A stretch of 64,000 nt of DNA from Candidatus Krumholzibacteriota bacterium (GCA_963764625.1 CAVXTH010000006.1:480001-544000), one strand, 5' to 3'; numbered from the stretch's first letter, positions 31,020 through 46,815 are shown. Notes: generated by a model from the letters alone, not told the origin. Program-made: numbers and translations.

Positions 31020-31985
31020 ATGAGCTGGCGCTTCGCCATCTGCGTTCCCCTCGCCGTTTCGTTTCTAAGCGCGTGCGGACAGGCGCCTTCGCCCCGGCTC
31101 TACGGCCTGGACAAAGTGGACGCTCCGGCTCCCCGCAGCTTTGAATTTGAGGGCTCCTTCGAAAATCGGAAGTCGGAGCCCTATGCCCCCCTGATGCAAC
31201 TGTCGTCGGTGGCCGTATTGCCCGACGGCCGCCTGTTCTTCGCCGACGTCGGAAGCGGACGCATTCACGGCTTCGACGCGAAGGGCGAGTACATCGGGGC
31301 GACGGACCGTCCCTCCATTGGTTTCGCGCCTCTGGATCTGGCAAGTCTCAACTTTCATCTCTATGCCCTCGATCGCAGTGAACAGAAGCTCTACCGCTTC
31401 AACGAAGACGGGGCATTGCGCGATCTGGTGCTCGACCTGAGGGCGGTCGATCCCGCCCGTCCGGTGCGGGTGGGGGCGATCGATTTCGACGAAGACGGCC
31501 GCCTGGCTCTGGCGGATGAAGCGGGGCACCGCGTGGTCGTTACCAGTCCCTTTCTCAAGTTCGATTATTCCGTCGGTGAATACGGGCAGTTCTTGGGACA
31601 GCTCAACCGGCCGGACGGGGTGTGCTTTTCTCCCGGTGGTCTCCTGTACGTCTCCGACCGGGGAAATTCGAGGGTGGAGGTCTTCGACGAAACCGGCCAA
31701 GTGCTCGGCGCGACGCCGGGTTTGGAGGCGATCAAGCCCATGATGGTGGCGCCGGCCGGGATCGACACTGACCGCTTCGGAAACGTGTATGTCACGGACG
31801 CGGGGATGGGAGTGGTGCATGTCCTGGCTCCCGATCTCCATTATCTGGCCGCGGTGGGAGGTGATGAGTTCGCCCCCGATCACATGAGATCTCCCGTCGA
31901 TTGCGTGGTGGGGCAGGACGATCGTCTCTACGTGATAGATGCGGGTCGCAACGTCCTGCTCGTCTATCGAATCGTCTTCCCCTGA
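31020..31985 (+). CDS. NHL-repeat beta-propeller lipoprotein
   Basis: Lipobox FLSA-C. NHL repeats such as LNRPDGVCF..GGLLYVSDRGNSRVEVF, PAGIDTD..GNVYVTD and LYVIDAGRN. Confidence 0.85.
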   Translation: MSWRFAICVPLAVSFLSACGQAPSPRLYGLDKVDAPAPRSFEFEGSFENRKSEPYAPLMQLSSVAVLPDGRLFFADVGSGRIHGFDAKGEYIGATDRPSIGFAPLDLASLNFHLYALDRSEQKLYRFNEDGALRDLVLDLRAVDPARPVRVGAIDFDEDGRLALADEAGHRVVVTSPFLKFDYSVGEYGQFLGQLNRPDGVCFSPGGLLYVSDRGNSRVEVFDETGQVLGATPGLEAIKPMMVAPAGIDTDRFGNVYVTDAGMGVVHVLAPDLHYLAAVGGDEFAPDHMRSPVDCVVGQDDRLYVIDAGRNVLLVYRIVFP

Positions 31986-31999
31986 GCGGGGGTGGGCCA

Positions 32000-34900
32000 G
32001 TGCCCAGACGATTTCTCCTACTCCTCTTGTTTTGCGTCGGCCTGGCCGAGCCCTGCTTCGCGCAGGGCAATTTCATCCCTTCGTTTCATTCGTTCTGGGT
32101 CGCGGCAAAGAGCGATTCGACGGCCCTCCATTGGCTGGGTTCCGATGAACTCGCGACCAGTCGCGACAGTTTCGCGGTCAAGCCGGGTCAGGTTCGGTTT
32201 TCCCTCTCGATGAGCCAGGTGCTCGATCCCGTCCAGGCGAAGTGGAACGGGCAACCCTTGCAACAGTGGCTGGACTATGAGCTCGATCGGGCCCGCGGCA
32301 CGGTGGTGTTGCTCCGCCCCCGAGAAGGCGAGGGGACTCTGATCGTGGAGTACCACTTCGATCCCGTCGCCGCTCCGCCGCGCGTGCAGCTCCACCCCAT
32401 GAAGCGCCAGGCCGAGCTCCAGGAACTGGCCAAAGAAGGAACTCAGCCGAGCGCGGGCGGGAACTCGATCGAGCAGACCGAGGAGTTGGGCGCCGCCTCG
32501 AGCGCGGGACTCTCGGTCAGCGGTTCGAAGACCGTTTCGGTGCAAGGCGGCACCAACCGCGATGCCACCGTCGATCAGGGACTCCACCTGGCGGTGACGG
32601 GGAAGCTCACCGAGAACACCTTCGTGCGCGCCCAGATCTCTGACGAGAATCTTCCGATCACGCCCGAAGGCAACACCGAGGAGCTCAAGGACATCGATCA
32701 GGTGCGCATCGAGATCTTCGGCAACGGCGGTCGAGCGCTGCTTGGAGATTTTCAGATCGACCAGCCACTGGGGATCTACGTTCCGTATCAGCGCAAACTG
32801 CAAGGGCTCTGGCTACACGGCCGCAATTCGGCCGGCAGCGCGACTCTCCTGGGAGGGTCGCCCCGAGGCCGCCGCATCGAACTGGAGATCCGCGGAGAGG
32901 AGGGGGTGCAGGGACCCTACGAACTCCTGAACGGTTTGCGGGACAGCGAGAGTTACATCATCGCGGGTTCGGAGAGGGTCTGGGTGGATGGTGAGCCCCA
33001 GACGCGCGGAGAAAACCGCGACTACACGATCGACTACATACGGGGAACCATCACCTTCACCGAACTGCGACCCATCGGTCCGGAAAACCGCATCGCGGCC
33101 GACTTCGAGGTCTCGGCCACCGGGTACAGCCGTACCGTTCTCGGCGCGGCGGCGGATAGCACGCGCTTGGGTCCGGCTTCGTTTCATGCCTCGTGGATTC
33201 GAGAGTCCGACGATCCCGACCGGCCCATCGGTGGTCCCCTGAGCCAGGAGGACGAAAAAGTGCTCCGCGAGGCGGGGGACGACCCGTCCAAGGCTCTGGG
33301 AAGCGGAGTGACGCCAGTTCCGCCGGGCGAAGAGGGAACCGGGGACTACGTGAAGAAGGATGAGAACGGAGTGGAGTACTACGTCTACGCTCCAGGGGAC
33401 TCGACCGCCAACTACTTCCTGAGCTTCGAACGCGTTCCGGAGAACCAGGGCGACTATGCCCAGAGTGAGATCACCAACCAGGGGAAACGAGTCTACGAAT
33501 ATCGAGGCCCGGGCAAGGGTGATTACGTGCTCGGACGGCGTCTCTCGCTTCCGAACCGCAGCGAAGCCCTGGTCATCGGCACGTCTCTGGGACAGCGCGG
33601 GAGCGAGAACGGTTTCCTTTCGGCCGAGGCGGATTTCACCCGAAGGGATGAAAACGTCCTCAGCTTCCGTGACGACGAGAATAACGACGGTCTGGCCTGG
33701 AGATTCGAAGGGGTGAGCCCCTGGTTTCTGGGAAGCGGCGAAAACTCCGGAGTCCGAGTCCGTGGAATGGCGGAGGGAATCGCGCCGGAGTTCTACCAGT
33801 TCGGAAGGATACGTACTCCTTTCTTCTACGATGCGTGGAACCTTCAGGACACACCGCGTATGCAGCACGAGGGCCGTGAGCTCTTCGCGTTGAACGCGCG
33901 CGGCGCCGAGCGGCAGAGCGAGGCGAGTCTGGAGCGACTCCATCGACACGGCAGCTTCCATGGCACCAGGGCTCGCTGGTCGGCGGACGGTACGCTCTTC
34001 GGTCCGTTCAACTGGCGGCACGACCTTGCTTTCATGTCCCACGTGGGAGAGACCGGTGCGACGGGGCACCGCCGGAACCGGTCGGCGCGACTGGGAGTGA
34101 ATCTGGGGCGATTCGAACCCTTCGTTCGTTGGAACGATGAGCGCTTCGACGATGGTCCCAGCGACCAGAAGCGTGGTTACCAGAGCCAGGAATGGGGAAC
34201 GGGAGTCCTGAGTCATCAGCGATTCGCGACAGGACGGCTCGAGTATCGACGACTGCTCGCGGACAGCCTTGCCGTTGAAGGAACTCGCTGGAAATTCCAA
34301 CAGGATTTGCGGGAGTGGAGGGCCGCGGCCGAAGGACTCCAGGGCGCCTTCCGCTGGAATCTGGACGGGACCTGGCGCGAGAGCGATCTGGACGGAGGGC
34401 AGAAGGAGAGCACGCGACTGGGACGAATCGGCCTCGGCTATCGGCCCGCGGGCAAACTCTACGGAGCGGATCTGGATTACCGGGCCGGGAACGATCGCTC
34501 CCGCGTGATCGAGCGGACGACGATCTTCGTGGGGGAGGGTCAAGGGGACTACGATCAGGAGGGCAACCGCATCGGTCGGAATCTGGGTGACTACAACGTG
34601 GTCTTCAGTCCCAGCGACAGCCTGATCGCCGCCACCGACGTGGAGCTCTCGGCGAAAGTAGATGCGGAGTGGCGAGCCGCACCCCTGGTAGGGGGCATCT
34701 CGTTCAACGGGCTATACAAGGTGAGCGAACGGTCGCAGAGCGACGACGTGGGCGGAGTTCTTCTCCTCGAACGCTCCCTGTTGCGTCAGCCGGACACCAC
34801 GATCTTCGGGGAGGAGCATGTTCGGGGCGACTTCGTTCTGCTGCGCCACGTCCGGAGCACGGATCTGCGTCTGACCTTCGATCAGACCACCCAGCTCGAT

Positions 34901-35449
34901 CGCCGCTTCTCCGCCACTCCCGAGAGCAGCGTGCGACGCGAACGCAGTTTCCGCGTCGATCGCGATCTCACCCGCGGATGGAGCCTGCGAGCCGATGGCG
35001 GAAACCGTCAACGTGAGAAGGTGGCCGATCCAACCGCCTCCAGCTTCCTGAACTCCTATCAGGTGGATGATCTCTACGCCGGTCTTCTTTTGGGTTACCG
35101 CGCTACGGCGCGAACGAGGACCAGCCTGGAAGGGAGGGGCACACGAAGAAACGACGGGTTCAGCGGAATCTCGCAGACCGTTCTCGAGTTCGTTCCCAGC
35201 ATCACGACCAATTTTCTCAGGGCCCGGTGGACGGTGGACTATCGCTGGGCCGACGTGAGGGAATCGGGAGGCGACCCGCTCCTGCGTCCGTTCTTCTTCG
35301 AGAGACCCGGCAGCAACCAGCGTTTCTCCACCGTCGCCCAGTGGATGTTGGGAAAGTCACTTTCCCTCACCGTTCGTTACCAGCTGCGCGACGAACCGCA
35401 GCGGAAGATCCTCCAGGACCTGAGCGTCGAAACGAGGGCGAGATTCTGA
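32000..35449 (+). CDS. Large (~1150 aa) predicted outer-membrane beta-barrel protein with SprA-like motifs
   Basis: Signal peptide; DYELDRARGTV and SERVWVDG..RGENRDYTIDYIRGTITF; GLSVSGSKTVSV, L...GKL....VRAQISDENLPI.PEGNT; amphipathic strands; terminal Phe. Confidence 0.65.
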   Translation: MPRRFLLLLLFCVGLAEPCFAQGNFIPSFHSFWVAAKSDSTALHWLGSDELATSRDSFAVKPGQVRFSLSMSQVLDPVQAKWNGQPLQQWLDYELDRARGTVVLLRPREGEGTLIVEYHFDPVAAPPRVQLHPMKRQAELQELAKEGTQPSAGGNSIEQTEELGAASSAGLSVSGSKTVSVQGGTNRDATVDQGLHLAVTGKLTENTFVRAQISDENLPITPEGNTEELKDIDQVRIEIFGNGGRALLGDFQIDQPLGIYVPYQRKLQGLWLHGRNSAGSATLLGGSPRGRRIELEIRGEEGVQGPYELLNGLRDSESYIIAGSERVWVDGEPQTRGENRDYTIDYIRGTITFTELRPIGPENRIAADFEVSATGYSRTVLGAAADSTRLGPASFHASWIRESDDPDRPIGGPLSQEDEKVLREAGDDPSKALGSGVTPVPPGEEGTGDYVKKDENGVEYYVYAPGDSTANYFLSFERVPENQGDYAQSEITNQGKRVYEYRGPGKGDYVLGRRLSLPNRSEALVIGTSLGQRGSENGFLSAEADFTRRDENVLSFRDDENNDGLAWRFEGVSPWFLGSGENSGVRVRGMAEGIAPEFYQFGRIRTPFFYDAWNLQDTPRMQHEGRELFALNARGAERQSEASLERLHRHGSFHGTRARWSADGTLFGPFNWRHDLAFMSHVGETGATGHRRNRSARLGVNLGRFEPFVRWNDERFDDGPSDQKRGYQSQEWGTGVLSHQRFATGRLEYRRLLADSLAVEGTRWKFQQDLREWRAAAEGLQGAFRWNLDGTWRESDLDGGQKESTRLGRIGLGYRPAGKLYGADLDYRAGNDRSRVIERTTIFVGEGQGDYDQEGNRIGRNLGDYNVVFSPSDSLIAATDVELSAKVDAEWRAAPLVGGISFNGLYKVSERSQSDDVGGVLLLERSLLRQPDTTIFGEEHVRGDFVLLRHVRSTDLRLTFDQTTQLDRRFSATPESSVRRERSFRVDRDLTRGWSLRADGGNRQREKVADPTASSFLNSYQVDDLYAGLLLGYRATARTRTSLEGRGTRRNDGFSGISQTVLEFVPSITTNFLRARWTVDYRWADVRESGGDPLLRPFFFERPGSNQRFSTVAQWMLGKSLSLTVRYQLRDEPQRKILQDLSVETRARF

Positions 35450-37180
35450 TGCGTCTCTTTGGCCGCAGTTCGGTTCTGCTCATCCTGTTCGTTGCAGTAG
35501 GACTCATGCCGTCCGCTCCCGCGGACGCGGTGGAAGAGATGCTCGCTCCCAAGTTGCAGGCCTCCCCGAGCGTCTCCGACGTGGTGGCGCGCGTCTTCCG
35601 ACGGCCGCCCGCCCTTCGTCCCGCACATCGATGGGAAAAGGACGCATGGGACGCTCTGCGGAGGAGAAGGTTGGCTCTGGGGGAGAGTCGCCCTCAGTGC
35701 TCATCGAGACACTCTGTTCGTCGACGCGGGTCCCCGCGCCCGCATCCTGGCCATCTCGCACAGCGGTGCCGACAGTCTGCAGTGGAACGCGTTCGAACGG
35801 GCCTCGGGAATCAGCGTGGGCACGTTTTACCGGCCGGGGAGCTGGGTCATGCAGAGCGAGCATGGCCTCGAGGAATTGGGCGACATGGGCTTTCCCTTCG
35901 CGAGCCTGACGGTTCGCCACACCGAAGTCGACCGGAAGGCGGAAGGAGTGAAACTGGATCTCCTTCTCTTGCCCGGCAGCGTCGCGAGTGTGGGTTCGGT
36001 CGTGGTGCTGGGTGCGCGACACACGCGTCCTGCGGTGCTCGCTAAACTCTCTGGTCTCCGCTCGGGTCAACAGTGGAGCGAGGAGAGACTGCGGCGGGCT
36101 CGGGAACGCCTCGAGGCAAGAGATGTCGTGACCAGAGTCGTGAACGCGCAGCCCATGCTACGCGGTGCGCAGCTCGACACGGTGGACGTTCTGTTGAAAG
36201 TGGAGCAACCCACCTCCATCGGTCAACTGGCTGCGGCCCTGGGGGTCACCCAGGGAGAGGCGGGCAAGGGAACGCGCGTGTACGGCACGCTGGACCTGAG
36301 TCTTCTCGATCTTCTGGGAACGGCGCGGCAACTGCGACTCTCGTTCCGCGATGACGGAAAATCCCGACGCACTCTGGACGTCGCTTACCTCGAACCGCTG
36401 GCCTTCTCCTCTCCGCTGGACGTCTCCGCAACGCTCGGGCAGCGCCACGAGGACGCTTTGTATGACATGATTCTCGGTGAACTCTCGCTGCGACTGCCTT
36501 GGCGCGGAGCGTCAGCGATCGAAGTCGGAGGCGGCATCGACCGGACCACCTTCGTGGGGGACGAGGGAATCCTCCGCGTACGCCGGCGAGCTCTGGCGCG
36601 CCTCGCCATGGGCAATCTGCGCCCGGAAAACGACAGCGGAATCTTCGGGAGCGTCGACAGCCGTTTAGAGTATGGGCGTGTCGCGCAGACGGTTGGAAAC
36701 CCGGGCGCGGGTCAGCCTGCGGTGAGCGCCGAAGAACAGACGACGGTCGATCTCGACCTGCACCTGGGTTGGGCCCTGGGCTCGCGTTTGGCGATCCTGG
36801 CGCGCGGCCGTTGGGCCTCGGTTTCGTCAAACCACTATCCTTTGCCGCAGTCCGAGCAGTTCTTCATCGGAGGGGCACGAACCGTCCGCGGCCACCGGGA
36901 AGGCGAGGTGCACGGCGAGATCGTTTCGCACGCCTCGTCCGAGTTCGTCTTGGGCCCAGCCCGGGGCGGACAGGCCTACCTGTTCTACGATGTGGGCTTT
37001 GCCCGCGAGACGGTGCAGACGGCGGGGAGATTGGGCTTGAAGAAGACCTGGATCAACGGCTTCGGGCTGGGTCTGCGCACGCCCGCTCCCTTCGGCCGCT
37101 TGGATCTCAGCCTGGGATTCGCCCAGAGACTGAGCTTCGACAACGGTCTGATTCACCTCGCCCTCATCAACCAGTTCTGA
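35449..37180 (+). CDS. Omp85 (BamA/TamA-like) POTRA + beta-barrel protein; +1 frameshift near 35680
   Basis: ATG overlaps the upstream TGA. Signal peptide, POTRA-like V.V.GARHTR..VL, DLLGTARQL, YLEP, the Omp85 motif FFIGGARTVRGHRE, GFGLGLR, terminal Phe. Confidence 0.8.
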
Positions 37181-37183
37181 TGA

Positions 37184-41994
<4,811 letters not shown>

Positions 41995-42015
41995 CTCGAA
42001 CCGTTATGTTCTCCT

Positions 42016-42045
42016 TTGGCCCAGTCTCTCATCGCGCTCTATCTT
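42016..42045 (+). promoter_or_regulatory. Candidate sigma70 promoter for hutUI
   Basis: TTGGCC-N18-TATCTT upstream of an RBS (GAGGA). Confidence 0.35.
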
Positions 42046-42076
42046 GAATCGGCCAGTTCAGAGAAAGTGAGGATCC

Positions 42077-43747
42077 ATGGCTTCAAGACCACAGGTCCAT
42101 GCCCCCCGCGGGACGAAATTGCACTGCAAGGGTTGGGTGCAAGAAGCGGCGTGGCGCATGATCCAACACAATCTCGATCCTGAAGTCGCCGAGATCCCCG
42201 AAGAGCTTGTCGTCTACGGAGGACGTGGAAAGGCGGCGCGAAACTGGCAGGCCTTCGACGCCATCCTTCGCGAGCTGGAACGGCTCGAGAACGATCAAAC
42301 CCTTCTGGTGCAGAGCGGAAAGCCCGTCGCAGTGGTACCGAGTCATCCCGACGCTCCGCGAGTCCTCATCGCGAATTCCAATTTGGTGCCGCGCTGGGCG
42401 ACCTGGGAGCATTTCGACGAGCTCGACCAGAAGGGCCTCATGATGTACGGCCAGATGACCGCCGGTTCCTGGATCTACATCGGCACCCAGGGCATTCTCC
42501 AGGGCACCTACGAAACGCTCGCCTCCCTCGCCCGGGCGCAGGGCTGGAAGGATCTCAGGGGAAAGATCGTTCTTAGCGGCGGACTCGGGGGCATGGGGGG
42601 AGCTCAGCCTCTGGCCGTGACCATGAACAACGGCGTCACGCTGTGCGTGGAAGTCGATCCCCAACGCATCTCGCGCCGGCTCGAGACGCGCTACCTCATG
42701 GATTCCACCACGCAACTCGAGGTCGCACTTCAACGGTGCCGCGTGGCCGCCGCCGAGGGTCGTCCCTATTCGGTGGGTCTTCTGGGCAACTGCGCCGACG
42801 TCGTGCCCGAAATTCTGCGCCGCGGCGAAGCCATCGACATCGTCACCGATCAGACCTCTGCCCACGATCCCTCCGCCGGATACATCCCCAACCGGATGAC
42901 TCTCGCCGAGGCTCTGAAGCTGCGGAAGAGAGACGTGGTGGCGTATCGGCAAGAAGCCATGCGTGCCATGCGGGAGCACTGCGAGGCCATGGTGGGTCTG
43001 CAGAGGGCGGGGAGCATCGTCTTCGATTACGGAAACAATCTGCGGGGCATGGCGAAGGACGCCGGCTTCGACGAGGCCTTCTCGTACCCGGGATTCGTGC
43101 CCGCGTACATTCGACCTCTCTTCTGCGAAGGAAAGGGCCCGTTTCGCTGGGTAGCGCTCTCGGGGGAGGCAAGTGACATTCACCAGACCGATCGCGTCAT
43201 CGTGGATCTCTTCGGAGACGAGGAGCCCCATCTCAAACGGTGGATCGAGCTCGCCTCCGAACAGGTCGCGTTCCAGGGTCTTCCCTCGCGCATTTGTTGG
43301 CTGGGCTACGGCCAGAGAGCGCGGGCGGGGCTGGCGTTCAACCAGTTGGTCCGCGAGGGCAAGGTGAAGGCGCCGATCGTCATCGGTCGCGACCATCTGG
43401 ACAGCGGCAGCGTGGCCTCTCCGTACCGGGAGACCGAGGGAATGAAGGACGGAAGCGACGCGGTGGCGGATTGGCCGCTCCTCAACGCTCTCATCAACGC
43501 GGTAAATGGGGCCTCGTGGGTCAGCATCCATCAGGGAGGGGGAGTGGGTATGGGACTCGCGATCCACGCTGGTCAGGTGATCGTGGCGGACGGAACCGAT
43601 GCCGCGGCGGTCCGCCTCGAGCGGGTACTGAACAGCGATCCCCTCACGGGCGTGGCGCGTCATTACGACGCCGGCTACGAATCGGCAGCCGCGTTCGCGA
43701 AGAAAGCCGGGATCAAGTTCCCCATGGCGGCGCCCAAAGGCGGTTGA
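42077..43747 (+). CDS. hutU: Urocanate hydratase
   Basis: [67 protein letters not shown]. Confidence 0.98.
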   Translation: MASRPQVHAPRGTKLHCKGWVQEAAWRMIQHNLDPEVAEIPEELVVYGGRGKAARNWQAFDAILRELERLENDQTLLVQSGKPVAVVPSHPDAPRVLIANSNLVPRWATWEHFDELDQKGLMMYGQMTAGSWIYIGTQGILQGTYETLASLARAQGWKDLRGKIVLSGGLGGMGGAQPLAVTMNNGVTLCVEVDPQRISRRLETRYLMDSTTQLEVALQRCRVAAAEGRPYSVGLLGNCADVVPEILRRGEAIDIVTDQTSAHDPSAGYIPNRMTLAEALKLRKRDVVAYRQEAMRAMREHCEAMVGLQRAGSIVFDYGNNLRGMAKDAGFDEAFSYPGFVPAYIRPLFCEGKGPFRWVALSGEASDIHQTDRVIVDLFGDEEPHLKRWIELASEQVAFQGLPSRICWLGYGQRARAGLAFNQLVREGKVKAPIVIGRDHLDSGSVASPYRETEGMKDGSDAVADWPLLNALINAVNGASWVSIHQGGGVGMGLAIHAGQVIVADGTDAAAVRLERVLNSDPLTGVARHYDAGYESAAAFAKKAGIKFPMAAPKGG

Positions 43748-43751
43748 CGCG

Positions 43752-45039
43752 ATGAGCAAGAAACTCCTCGCCGATTTTCTCGTGGACGGCATCGGACGTC
43801 TGTACACCTGCCGCCAGCCGGGTGATGACGAAGGTCCCCGCCGTGGGGAAGGTCTGCGCGAGGTAGGATTGGTCGAAAACGGCGCGGTCGCGGCCTATCA
43901 GGGAGAGATCATCGCGGTAGGAAGCTCGGATGCGGTGCGTCGAGGCGATCCGGGTGTTGCCCGGCGCGGAGTCCATCGACGCCGAGGGACGAGCGGTCGT
44001 CCCTGGCTTCGTCGACGCGCATACCCACGCCGTATTCGGCAAGGCGAGACCGGACGAGTTTGGCCGGCGTCTGGTAGGAGAGAGTTACCAGTCCATCGCG
44101 GAGAGCGGTGGTGGAATCCGGGCCAGCGTGCGCGACTTCCGACAGCGCAGCGAGAAAGAACTGCTGGGACTGACCCGATCGCGACTGAAGGAGTGCCTCA
44201 AGAGCGGCAGCACCACGGTCGAAGTCAAGAGCGGGTACGGACTGAATCTCGAATCCGAGTTGAAGGCGCTGAGAGTCATTCGCGCGCTGCAGTCCGAGCC
44301 GTTTCTTCCGCGCCTGGTGGCCACCTGCCTGGCGGCCCACGAGTTTCCCGACGAGTACCGCGAGCGGCGCGAGGAGTACGTCGATCTGGTGTGCGAAAGC
44401 ATCCTTCCGGAAGTGGCGAGTCAGAAGCTCGCCGAGAGAGTGGACGTCTTCTGTGAGCCGGGCGTCTTTAGCCAGGACCAGGCGCGTCGCGTTCTGACGA
44501 GCGGGCAGGCCCTGGGCCTAAGCGCCTGCATCCATGCCGACGAGCTCGAAGGGGGAGGGGGAAGCGCACTGGCGGTAGAACTCGGGGCCGCGAGTGCGGA
44601 TCACCTCGGCGCGATCTCAGAGGCTGGCATTCGGGCGCTCGCGGGGAGCTCCACGGTAGGAGTTCTCTTGCCGGGCACGATTTTCAGCCTGGGACTGGAT
44701 GAGTTTGCACCAGCCCGCGCGATGATCGAGGCAGGGGTGGCGCTGGCCGTGGCGAGTGACTTCAATCCGGGCTCGAACTACTGCTCCTCCATCCCGCTCA
44801 CCCTCAGTATCGCCTGCACCCGCATGCGCTTGCACCCTCATGAGGCGCTGGTCATGGCCACCCTCAACGCGGCCTGGAGTTTGGGGCGAGCGGCGCAAGT
44901 GGGGAGTCTGGACGTCTCCAAGCGTTGTGATCTGGTGGTGCTGGAAGCCGATTCGCTGGACGAGATGGTCCAGCACATGGGGGGGATGGTCGTCGACCGG
45001 GTGGTTTTGAATGGCCGTTCAGTTCCCCGAGGCGCGTAG
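43752..45039 (+). CDS. hutI: Imidazolonepropionase; +1 frameshift near 43940
   Basis: The N-terminus is in the ORF 43752 frame. It continues in the 43930 frame with PGFVDAHTH, EVKSGYGL, DVFCE, HADEL, SADHL, ASDFNPG. Confidence 0.92.
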
Positions 45040-45154
45040 GCGCCCGTACTTCCGCTACATGGTCAAGGACTTGCTAAGGGCTCCCAGGGATACCGGTTTC
45101 GGGATCCGGGGCAGCCTGGACTCCCGGTCAAAGTGCTGTTTTCCCCGGCGCACG

Positions 45155-45171
45155 CTGGCTTCCGCCTTGCA
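45155..45171 (+). promoter_or_regulatory. Candidate sigma54 (-24/-12) promoter upstream of the TPR gene
   Basis: CTGGCTTCCGCCTTGCA, exact GG-N10-GC spacing. Confidence 0.45.
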
Positions 45172-45297
45172 GGGAGCCTGTGGAATCGGGGGAGATTCGC
45201 GCAGAAAGCAAGAACGCGGGAGGAGATCGACGATTCCTCGGCTCTTCCCCTATCGTCATTCCGTCCGGAACCGGGTCCTCGACTGTCGGGAGGGTGT

Positions 45298-46635
45298 GTG
45301 AGCAAGATCACTGATCTCAGGCGCAAGGCCACCGAAGCGAGCCGCACCCGCAACTGGGACAGCGCGGTGAAGCTCTACGAACGCATTTGCGATCTCGAAG
45401 GCACGAATCCGGGCTACCGGAACGAGCTCGGGGACGTCTTTGCCAAGATGGGAGACGTTCCCCAGGCGATCCTCTACTACAACAAGGCCGTCGAGCTCTA
45501 CAACGCGGTGGGCCTGAGCAACAACGCGGTCGCGGTCCTCAAGAAGATCCTCCGTTACGATCCCCAGCACATGGACAGCTACTGGATGCTGGGGGAGACG
45601 CGCCGCAAGCAGGGCTTGGGGGCGGAGGCCGGTACCTACTACATCCAGTTCTTGGACTGCCACGCGGAAGTGAGCGATCGCTCGCGCGAACGATTCCTCG
45701 ATCGGTGCGCGATGCTGCTCGACGTGGCCTCGAGCGACCTCGACATCTTGGGCAAGCTCGACCAGCTCTACGAGAATTGGAATCGACCGGTGGAGCGCGC
45801 GCGGGTCTTCGTGTGCAAGGCGCGGCTCGCCCAGGAATCCGGCGAAAGCGACATCGTTGCGCGGTACCTGGAACGCGCCCGCTCGATGACCGGTGATCTG
45901 AACAGTATTCCCGAATACGAAGAGTTCTTCGCGAGCGCCAGTGACGAAAAAGACACGGACGTCGATTCCGGTCAGGAAATTGAGATCGACGATGAGGTCG
46001 ATGATCTCAAGACGGGCAATTCCGGCGAATTCAGCTTCGAGCTCGATTTCGACCGGCCGGGAGAGACGGCGAAGATCGATCCCCCCGGGGCAAAGGACGA
46101 CCACGGCACGGGGCAGAGCCAGGAAGAGACCCTGGCCATGGAGGGCGTGAATCTGCTCGAGGAGATTCTCGCGGATGGGGACATGGACATGGCCGCGGCG
46201 GAACAGAATCAGATGGACAGCATCCGTCAGGATCTGGTGGGCCAGATCGGCAACGACGTGAAACCGCACGACCATCAAGGACACTACGAGCTGGGGCTCG
46301 TCTACATGGACATGGGAATGTTTGAACAGGCATTGCCCTCTTTCCAGCAAGCCGCCGAGGGAGAGAAGACGCGGCACAAGGCGCTCGAGATGCAGGGAAA
46401 CTGTCTGCGCAAGTTGGGTCGCCCCGAAGAGGCGCTCGCGGTGTATGAGCGGGGCATCAGTCTCGGCGGCGCGGAACCCAGAAACTCTCTCGGGATCCTC
46501 TACGAGTATGCCGCATGCCTGGAATTCATGAACCGTTTGGAAGAGAGCGCGGAAGGTTTCGAGCGCGTGCTCAGCCTGGATGAGAGCTTCCTCGACGCGC
46601 AAGAGCGTCTCGACGCGCTCCGCACCCGGCTCTGA
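45298..46635 (+). CDS. Cytoplasmic TPR protein with acidic linker (possibly pilus-associated)
   Basis: N-terminal TPRs, a D/E-rich linker, and C-terminal TPRs starting HYELGLVYMDMGMFEQA. No signal peptide. Confidence 0.8.
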   Translation: MSKITDLRRKATEASRTRNWDSAVKLYERICDLEGTNPGYRNELGDVFAKMGDVPQAILYYNKAVELYNAVGLSNNAVAVLKKILRYDPQHMDSYWMLGETRRKQGLGAEAGTYYIQFLDCHAEVSDRSRERFLDRCAMLLDVASSDLDILGKLDQLYENWNRPVERARVFVCKARLAQESGESDIVARYLERARSMTGDLNSIPEYEEFFASASDEKDTDVDSGQEIEIDDEVDDLKTGNSGEFSFELDFDRPGETAKIDPPGAKDDHGTGQSQEETLAMEGVNLLEEILADGDMDMAAAEQNQMDSIRQDLVGQIGNDVKPHDHQGHYELGLVYMDMGMFEQALPSFQQAAEGEKTRHKALEMQGNCLRKLGRPEEALAVYERGISLGGAEPRNSLGILYEYAACLEFMNRLEESAEGFERVLSLDESFLDAQERLDALRTRL

Positions 46636-46815
46636 GACCGCTCTCAGCGGTTCCCCGCGCAGCGCCGGCCACCATCTTCGGCCGTTTCCCCCAGAATTTC
46701 GGAACTCACTGCGTTGCTTCGGGGTTGCTCCCTGTAGCGAGGCGTGCTTTCATGGGGCCTCGCAAGAATGACCGCCTTCTTCGTCCCCACCTGACCCGCT
46801 TCCCGGACGACCGCC

